DNA of 64,000 nucleotides from an uncultured Vampirovibrionales bacterium (GTDB lineage Bacteria; Cyanobacteriota; Vampirovibrionia; Vampirovibrionales; Vampirovibrionaceae): NCBI GenBank assembly GCA_964390635.1, contig CAYMIG010000001.1, positions 203,321 to 267,320 of the forward strand, read 5' to 3'. Shown piece by piece: positions 58,448 to 64,000 of this stretch (position 1 is its first letter; each line of letters starts with the position of its first letter). The notes under the pieces were generated by a model. It saw only the letters and a program-made list of their open reading frames with translations, ran no database searches and was not told where the DNA came from. The position numbers and the translations under genes were made by a program.

Positions 58448-59710
58448 CTACACTCCCGCGGGCACCCGGTGGGGGTTGGCCGGATGATGCGGCCAGGTCA
58501 GGCGCTCGCCGTTGCCGTGGGGCACTTGCACCATGGTGATGCACTCGTCCACGGGGCAGACCAGGCTGCACAGGTTGCAACCCACGCAGGTGTCCTCTTT
58601 AATGCGCGGCACGCGGGTGTCGGCCAGCAGCGCGATGGACTGGTGCGCGCCGTCCTCGCAGGCGGCGTAGCACAATTGGCACCCGATGCATTTTTCCGGG
58701 TTGATATTGGCAATCACCTTGTAGTTCAGGTCCAGCTGCTCCCACTTTTTCACCTTGCGCGCGGCGATGCCGGTGAGATCGGTGGGCGTTTTCATGCCGT
58801 GCTCATCCAGGTATTCGCTGAGCCCCTGGTTCATTTCCTCGATGATGCGGTAGCCGTAATGCATCACGGCGGTGCACACCTGCACGCTGCTGGAGCCCAT
58901 CAGGAAGAATTCCGCGGCGTCGCGCCAGGTTTCGATGCCGCCGATGCCGGAGATGGGCAGCTTGAAATCCGGGTGGTTGTAGAGTTCGCTCACCATGTTC
59001 AGCGCGATGGGCTTGACCGCCGGGCCGCAGTAGCCGCCGTGGGTGGATTCCCCCCGCACCACGGGATTGGGATCCATGGTCTCCAGATTGATGCCGGTGA
59101 CCGAATTGATGGTGTTGATGAGCGATACCGCGTCCGCCCCGCCCCGCTGGGCCGCCAGCCCTGCCACGGTGATATCCGTGATGTTGGGGGTGAGCTTGAC
59201 GATGACCGGCTTGGTGGCCACCTCTTTTACCCAGCTGGTGATTTTTTCCGCCACGTCCGGGTTCTGGCCTACGGCGGAGCCCATGCCGCGCTCGCACATG
59301 CCGTGCGGGCAGCCAAAGTTCAGCTCAAAGCCATCCACGCCGATGTCTTCGCACTTTCTCACGCAGTCATGCCACTCCTCGCGGCTTTCCCACATCATCG
59401 AGGCGATGAGCGCGTGGTTGGGGAATTCCTCCTTCACGGCCTTCATTTCCGCCAGGTTCACCTCCAGTGGGCGATCGGTGATGAGCTCGATGTTGTTGAG
59501 CCCCACAATGCGGTCGCGCTTGTAGTGCATGGCGCCGTAGCGGCTGGAAACGTTCACGATGGGCTGGCCGAGCGTTTTCCACACGGCCCCGCCCCACCCG
59601 GCACGGAAGGCGTTGGCAACCTGGTAGCCGGTGTTGGTGGGTGGCGCGGAGGCCAGCCAGAACGGGTTGGGCGATTGGATGCCCGCAAAATTAATGCTCA
59701 AATCAGCCAT
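58448..59710 (-). CDS. preA: NAD-dependent dihydropyrimidine dehydrogenase subunit PreA (DHOD-like TIM barrel + 2x[4Fe-4S])
   Basis: MADLSINFAGIQSPNPFWLASAP... plus C-terminal ferredoxin motifs CIGCQLCYAACEDGAHQ and CVGCNLCSLVCPV. Confidence 0.8.
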   Translation of the reverse strand: MADLSINFAGIQSPNPFWLASAPPTNTGYQVANAFRAGWGGAVWKTLGQPIVNVSSRYGAMHYKRDRIVGLNNIELITDRPLEVNLAEMKAVKEEFPNHALIASMMWESREEWHDCVRKCEDIGVDGFELNFGCPHGMCERGMGSAVGQNPDVAEKITSWVKEVATKPVIVKLTPNITDITVAGLAAQRGGADAVSLINTINSVTGINLETMDPNPVVRGESTHGGYCGPAVKPIALNMVSELYNHPDFKLPISGIGGIETWRDAAEFFLMGSSSVQVCTAVMHYGYRIIEEMNQGLSEYLDEHGMKTPTDLTGIAARKVKKWEQLDLNYKVIANINPEKCIGCQLCYAACEDGAHQSIALLADTRVPRIKEDTCVGCNLCSLVCPVDECITMVQVPHGNGERLTWPHHPANPHRVPAGV

Positions 59711-61148
59711 GATAAGCCTCCCCTTTGCGGTAATTCTTGATGGTGCCGTACTCCGGCGCTTCCACCTGCTGGCCGGTCAGGGCCTGGTGAATGCCCCGGG
59801 CGGCATCGCGGCCATGGGCCACGGCGTTGACCACTTCCTTGCCGCCGTTTACGCAGTCGCCGCCGGCAAAATACTTGGGATTGGCGGTCTGGAATTTTTC
59901 GTCCACCACCACGCGGCCCCTGTCCAGCGTAATGCCGGGAATGGCGCCGTAGAAGTCCACCATTTTTTCCTGGCCGGTGGCGAAAATGACCATGTCGCAT
60001 GCCAGCACGAATTCCGAGCCGGCAACGGGCACGATGTTCGACTTGCCGCCCGTGCCCATGTTTTCCACCCGGTTCCTCACGCAGCGCAGCCCGGTCACAT
60101 GGCCCTCCCCCAGGATTTCCAGCGGGGAAGTGAGGTACATGAACTGCACCTCGGCGTGCTTGGCGTGCTCCACTTCAAAGTCGTAGGCGCTTTGATCGTC
60201 CGGCGTGCGGCGATACACCACGGTCACTGCCGCGCCCAGGCTGGCGCATTCCACCGCGGCATCGATGGCGGTGTTGCCCGCGCCGATGACCACCACCTTG
60301 CGGCCTATCTGCACGCGCTGGTCTTTCTCGCGCAGGTGGTAGATGAATTCCGCCGCGCCGTGCACGCCCGCCAGGTTCTCGCCCGGGATGCCGGGCCGAT
60401 TCGATTTGCCCAGCCCCACGCCCAGGAAGATGGCGTCGTAATGCGCTTCCAAATCCTTCAGGCCGATGTGTGTGGCACTGCCGTTGGGCGACATGCCCTC
60501 CGCCAGCACCCGGTGGCCGGTTTTCACTTCAAAGCCGATGCCGGTCACGTAGTTCACCTCGCGTTCGGCGTCCCGGTTGTTGAACTTGTAAGGAGCCACG
60601 CCATAGGCGTTCAGGCCGCCGGCGCGCTCGCTGGCTTCGTATACCACGGCCTCATAACCCAGGCGGGTCAGCTCATGCGCGCAGGCCAGGCCCGCCGGCC
60701 CCCCGCCAATGATGGCCACCCGCTTGCCGTTGGCGCGGCCTTTCTCGAAAAAGCGCTGGTTGTGGTCGATGGCCCAGTCGGTGGCATAGCCTTGCAGGCG
60801 GCCAATATCGATGGGTTTTTCGTTCAGCCCGTGGTACACGCAGGCGCCTTCGCAAAGCACCTGGGTGGGGCACACGTAGGCGCAGGAGTTGCCCAGGATG
60901 TTCTGGGTGAGTATGGTTTTGGCCGCGCCCTTCACGTTGCCGGTGCTGATTTGGCGGATGAACATGGGGATGTCGATATCCGAAGGGCAGGCGATGGTGC
61001 AAGGCGCGTCATGGCAGAACAGGCAGCGGTTGGCCTCAATGTGGGCCTCGTTGTCTGACATCCTCGGTTTGATTTTGGAAAACTGTTCTTCCAGCTCGGC
61101 GGGATCGAGCTCAGGAAGCAGCGTTGTCTGGGGTCCCGTCTGCAGCAT
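59703..61148 (-). CDS. preT: dihydropyrimidine dehydrogenase subunit PreT (GltD-like NAD(P)H flavin oxidoreductase)
   Basis: CLFCHDAPCTIACP (N-terminal Fe-S), VAIIGGGPAGLACA (FAD) and VVVIGAGNTAIDAA (NAD). The start was set at the first in-frame ATG; the ORF track begins at an upstream TTG (61175). Either start overlaps the 3-prime end of the NCS1 gene. Confidence 0.75.
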   Translation of the reverse strand: MLQTGPQTTLLPELDPAELEEQFSKIKPRMSDNEAHIEANRCLFCHDAPCTIACPSDIDIPMFIRQISTGNVKGAAKTILTQNILGNSCAYVCPTQVLCEGACVYHGLNEKPIDIGRLQGYATDWAIDHNQRFFEKGRANGKRVAIIGGGPAGLACAHELTRLGYEAVVYEASERAGGLNAYGVAPYKFNNRDAEREVNYVTGIGFEVKTGHRVLAEGMSPNGSATHIGLKDLEAHYDAIFLGVGLGKSNRPGIPGENLAGVHGAAEFIYHLREKDQRVQIGRKVVVIGAGNTAIDAAVECASLGAAVTVVYRRTPDDQSAYDFEVEHAKHAEVQFMYLTSPLEILGEGHVTGLRCVRNRVENMGTGGKSNIVPVAGSEFVLACDMVIFATGQEKMVDFYGAIPGITLDRGRVVVDEKFQTANPKYFAGGDCVNGGKEVVNAVAHGRDAARGIHQALTGQQVEAPEYGTIKNYRKGEAYHG

Positions 61149-62655
61149 ATGCAACCTCCAATATCGGTTCTTCAACAGTTGAGTTCGCGGACGCCTGCCC
61201 GAAGAGTTTCATCAGCAGGAAATAGAGCGTGCCGGCAATGGCCAGCCCAATGAACCAGGCGTAGTTGTAAAGATCGATCAGCGCGGGCGGAACGCTGGCG
61301 GCATCCAGCACCTTGATTTGCGCCAGGAAGCCGGGAATGTTGGGAAGCACCCCGCCCAGCAGGGCCGCCAGGGCCGCCGGGTTGTACCCGCGCCGGTACC
61401 AGTAGGCGCCCTCCTTGCGGTACAGGTCATCCACGATGACGTTGGACTGGCGCAGGGCGAAATAATCTACCAGCAAAATGCCTGCCACCGGGCCCAGCAG
61501 CGCGGAGTAGCCCACCAGCCAGGTAAAGATGTAGCCGCTGGGATCGGCAATCAGTTTCCAGGGCATGATGATGAGCCCGATGCAGGCGGTCAGCAGCCCG
61601 CCGCGCTTGAAGTCGATGTGTCGGGGCCACACGTTGGCAAAGTCGTTGGCGGGGGCCACCACGTTGGCGGCCACGTTCATGGCCAGCGTGGTCAGGCAGA
61701 TGAGGGCCATGGAGGCCAGGATGACCACCGGCTCTTTGAAGCGTCCCACCAGCTGGATGGGATCCCACACGGCTTCTCCAAAGATGATGCCCGCCGCGCT
61801 GGTCACCACCACCCCGATAAAGGCGATAAAGGTCATGGTGGTGGGCAGGGCAATGGATTGCCCCAGGATCTGATCGCGCTGGCTGCGGGCGTAGCGGGTG
61901 AAGTCCGGGATGTTCAGGCTGAGCGTGGCCCAGAACCCTACCATACCGGTCAGTGACGGTACGAAAAACTTCCAGAATTCCGCGCCGCTTTTGAACTTGG
62001 ACGGGGCGGCCAGGATGCCCGCCAGCCCGTCGGCGTTCTGAAACGCCCAGAACAGCAGGCCGATGCCACTGAGCAGCAGCAGGGGCGCGCACCAGGTTTC
62101 CAGCTTTTTAATCGCTTCCACACCCCGGAAGATCAGGAACACGTTGATGCCCCAGAACACCAGAAAACACAGGAACGGCAGCAATTTAACCCCCATGAAG
62201 GCGGGCAGGATGGCCGGCACGTTTTCCACCGCCGGCAGGAACGCGGCCAGAATGGCATAAAGCGCCGTGCCGCCAATCCAGCACTGGATGCCAAACCACC
62301 CGCAAGCCACCACGGCGCGCAGCAGGGCGGGCACGTTGGCGCCAATCACCCCGAAGCTGAGGCGGGCGTAAATGGGAAAGGGGATGCCGTATTTCACGCC
62401 CACATGCCCGTTCAGGATCATGGGCACCAGTACGATGAGGTTTCCCAGAAACACCGTCAGCAGCGCCTGCACCACGCTCATCCCCCCGTTGATGAGGGAG
62501 GAGGCGATCATGTAGGACGGAATGCAGATGCACATGCCCACCCACAGCGCCCCGTAATGCAGCGCCGTCCAAGTGCGGCCCTCCGGCGGCACCGGCATGA
62601 GATCGTGGTTGGACAGATCGTGATCAAAAGTTTTTGGGTCGGTTGTGGTTGTCAT
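61111..62655 (-). CDS. NCS1 family nucleobase:cation symporter (uracil/cytosine/hydantoin permease-like)
   Basis: 12 TM helices with the NCS1 N-terminal pattern ...LMPVPPEGRTWTALHYGALWVGMCICIPSYM... Start at MTTTTD (CAT 62653-62655). Confidence 0.75.
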   Translation of the reverse strand: MTTTTDPKTFDHDLSNHDLMPVPPEGRTWTALHYGALWVGMCICIPSYMIASSLINGGMSVVQALLTVFLGNLIVLVPMILNGHVGVKYGIPFPIYARLSFGVIGANVPALLRAVVACGWFGIQCWIGGTALYAILAAFLPAVENVPAILPAFMGVKLLPFLCFLVFWGINVFLIFRGVEAIKKLETWCAPLLLLSGIGLLFWAFQNADGLAGILAAPSKFKSGAEFWKFFVPSLTGMVGFWATLSLNIPDFTRYARSQRDQILGQSIALPTTMTFIAFIGVVVTSAAGIIFGEAVWDPIQLVGRFKEPVVILASMALICLTTLAMNVAANVVAPANDFANVWPRHIDFKRGGLLTACIGLIIMPWKLIADPSGYIFTWLVGYSALLGPVAGILLVDYFALRQSNVIVDDLYRKEGAYWYRRGYNPAALAALLGGVLPNIPGFLAQIKVLDAASVPPALIDLYNYAWFIGLAIAGTLYFLLMKLFGQASANSTVEEPILEVAYAADGTPDNAAS

Positions 62656-62806
62656 TTGGATTCCTGTTATGCGTTGTACTCGCCAGCGTGGAGTCATGCA
62701 TTAGCGGGGGATATCAAGGGGGCGAAGTGCCACCTTGGTGGGGGTCTGGAACCTGCATTCAGGTTCCAGCGGGAGTGCAGAGGGGTGGCCCTCTGCTAAA
62801 TGCAGG

Positions 62807-64000
62807 TTACCCTTTCTCAATAATCGACAGCGATTCATCCAGTACCCTCAGCAGCAAATCCACCTGCTCCCGGTTGATGGAGATGGGGGGCGCCAGGCGC
62901 ACCACGTTGCCGAACAAGCCGCCCTTGCCAATCAGCACGCCGCGCTCTTTGGTCAGCTCCATCAGCTGGTTGGTTTCCGGGGTGGCGTATTCCTTGGTCT
63001 GGCGATCTTTCACCAGCTCAATGCCCATCAGCAGGCCACGGCCCCGCACGTCGCCAATCAGCGGGTGGCGATCCTTCAGGTCTTCCAGCCCCTTGCGCAG
63101 GTACTCGCCCATCACGCGGGCGTTTTCCACCAGGTTTTCCTCTTCAATCACCTCCATGGTGGTGAGGGCCTGCATGGTCTGGTAGGGGTCGCCGCCAAAG
63201 GTGTTGAAGTACATCTTGCCGGCCAGCGAGTCGGAGATGTCGGCCTTCATGACCGCCGCCCCGATGGCCCCGCCGTTGCCCAGGCCCTTGGCCATGGTCA
63301 CGATGTCGGCGTCGATGCCCAGGTCCTTGGTGGCCAGGAAGCTGCCGCCGCAACGGCCCGCGCCGGTCTGCACCTCGTCGCTGATGTACTTGCCGCCGTA
63401 GTTGTGCACGATTTTGGCCACCTCGTGGAAGTACTCCACCGGGGGCGTGATGAAGCCGCCCACGCCCAGCACGGGCTCGGCGATGAAGGCGGCCAGCTTG
63501 CCGTGGGTGGTGGTCTGGATGGCCTCTTCCACGTGTTTTACGCATTCCATGTGGCAGTTTTCAGGGGTGCCGCCAAACGGGCAGCGGTAGCAGTTGGGCG
63601 CCACCACGCTGGTCATGTGGGCCACCGGTTGCGAGCGAAAACGCCAGGTATGGTGCCCGCATGCCGCCAGCACCCCGGAGGTGCCGCCGTGATAGCCGTG
63701 CCGCAGGCTCATTACCATGGTTTCGCCGGTGGCATGGCGGGCGGCCATGAAGGCCAGCTCGTTGGCCTCGGAGCCGGAGTTGGTGAAGGCCACCTTGTCC
63801 ACGCCCGCCGGGGCTTCGGCGGCCAGCTTTTCGGCCAGCTTCGTTGCGTAGCGGTTCAGGTACAGGGTGCTGGTGTGCTGGATTTCGTCATCCTCCAGCA
63901 TCTGCACCATGCGCTCCTTCCACTTGGGATGGTTGTGTCCCGCGGAGATGCACACGATGCCCCCGATGCAGTCCAGGTACTCGCGCCCCTGCTCGTCCCA
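62807..64000 (-). CDS. class-III PLP aminotransferase (omega/beta-alanine-pyruvate aminotransferase-like), N-terminus beyond window end
   Basis: ...GHNHPKW...DEVQTGAGRCG...MAKGLGNGGAIG... The reading frame is still open at the window edge (WDEQGREYLDCIGG...). Confidence 0.75.
   Translation of the reverse strand, partial: WDEQGREYLDCIGGIVCISAGHNHPKWKERMVQMLEDDEIQHTSTLYLNRYATKLAEKLAAEAPAGVDKVAFTNSGSEANELAFMAARHATGETMVMSLRHGYHGGTSGVLAACGHHTWRFRSQPVAHMTSVVAPNCYRCPFGGTPENCHMECVKHVEEAIQTTTHGKLAAFIAEPVLGVGGFITPPVEYFHEVAKIVHNYGGKYISDEVQTGAGRCGGSFLATKDLGIDADIVTMAKGLGNGGAIGAAVMKADISDSLAGKMYFNTFGGDPYQTMQALTTMEVIEEENLVENARVMGEYLRKGLEDLKDRHPLIGDVRGRGLLMGIELVKDRQTKEYATPETNQLMELTKERGVLIGKGGLFGNVVRLAPPISINREQVDLLLRVLDESLSIIEKG

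Noticed and set aside
61318-62572. Several plus/minus ORFs of 100-220 aa inside the NCS1 permease gene
   Set aside because: They are alternative-frame artefacts. The NCS1 frame has continuous TM-helix periodicity and family motifs.

Overview
This is a high-GC (about 62-65%) bacterial chromosomal segment, probably from a proteobacterium. No rRNA, tRNA, CRISPR array or transposase/integrase was recognised. The first ~31 kb is one large glycan-biosynthesis locus built around a complete pseudaminic-acid-type nonulosonic acid pathway. It contains PseB, PseC, a fused PseG-PseH, PseI, a PseF-like cytidylyltransferase, a PseA/WbuX-type amidotransferase with dedicated HisH/HisF paralogs, and an unusually large set of tailoring and transfer genes. 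The tailoring set is a formyltransferase, three SAM methyltransferases, hexapeptide and GNAT acyltransferases, an MBOAT plus SGNH O-acylation pair, a GSA-aminomutase-like aminotransferase, an aldo-keto reductase, an AMP-ligase, a DmpG-like aldolase, and a VOC protein. The transfer set is a KpsS-like transferase, an MsbA/PglK-like ABC exporter, GT2 and GT4 glycosyltransferases, and a GT39/ArnT-like GT-C enzyme. A DCC-thiol-oxidoreductase/HTTM-domain gene pair sits inside this locus, which is unusual. Downstream there are housekeeping genes: EtfBA plus ETF-quinone oxidoreductase, an SSS transporter, beta-carbonic anhydrase, a YbhB PEBP protein, glutamate dehydrogenase, MarC, OsmC, two aldo-keto reductases, IlvE and MsrA. 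Also downstream there are a lower-GC orphan Dam methylase, a pyruvate-kinase-like protein lacking the C-terminal domain, and an AT-rich 0.5-kb convergent intergenic island with an intrinsic terminator that may hold an sRNA. Two regions stand out as unexplained. The first is a divergent AT-rich promoter driving a cysteine-free Gly/Ser/Leu-rich low-complexity protein with a C-terminal (Ala-Pro)n tail (harpin-like, FG-like), a tiny membrane protein and a 370-aa orphan. The second is a 2-aminophenol-type meta-cleavage set (AmnB/AmnA-like LigB dioxygenase pair, RidA-family deaminase, semialdehyde dehydrogenase) interrupted by three unknown genes including an EF-hand protein. The window ends with a reductive pyrimidine catabolism module (PreA, PreT, NCS1 permease, class-III aminotransferase, partial). 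All calls are from reading translated ORFs and motifs by eye; no database searches were run. Manual base indexing may be off by 1 nt in places.
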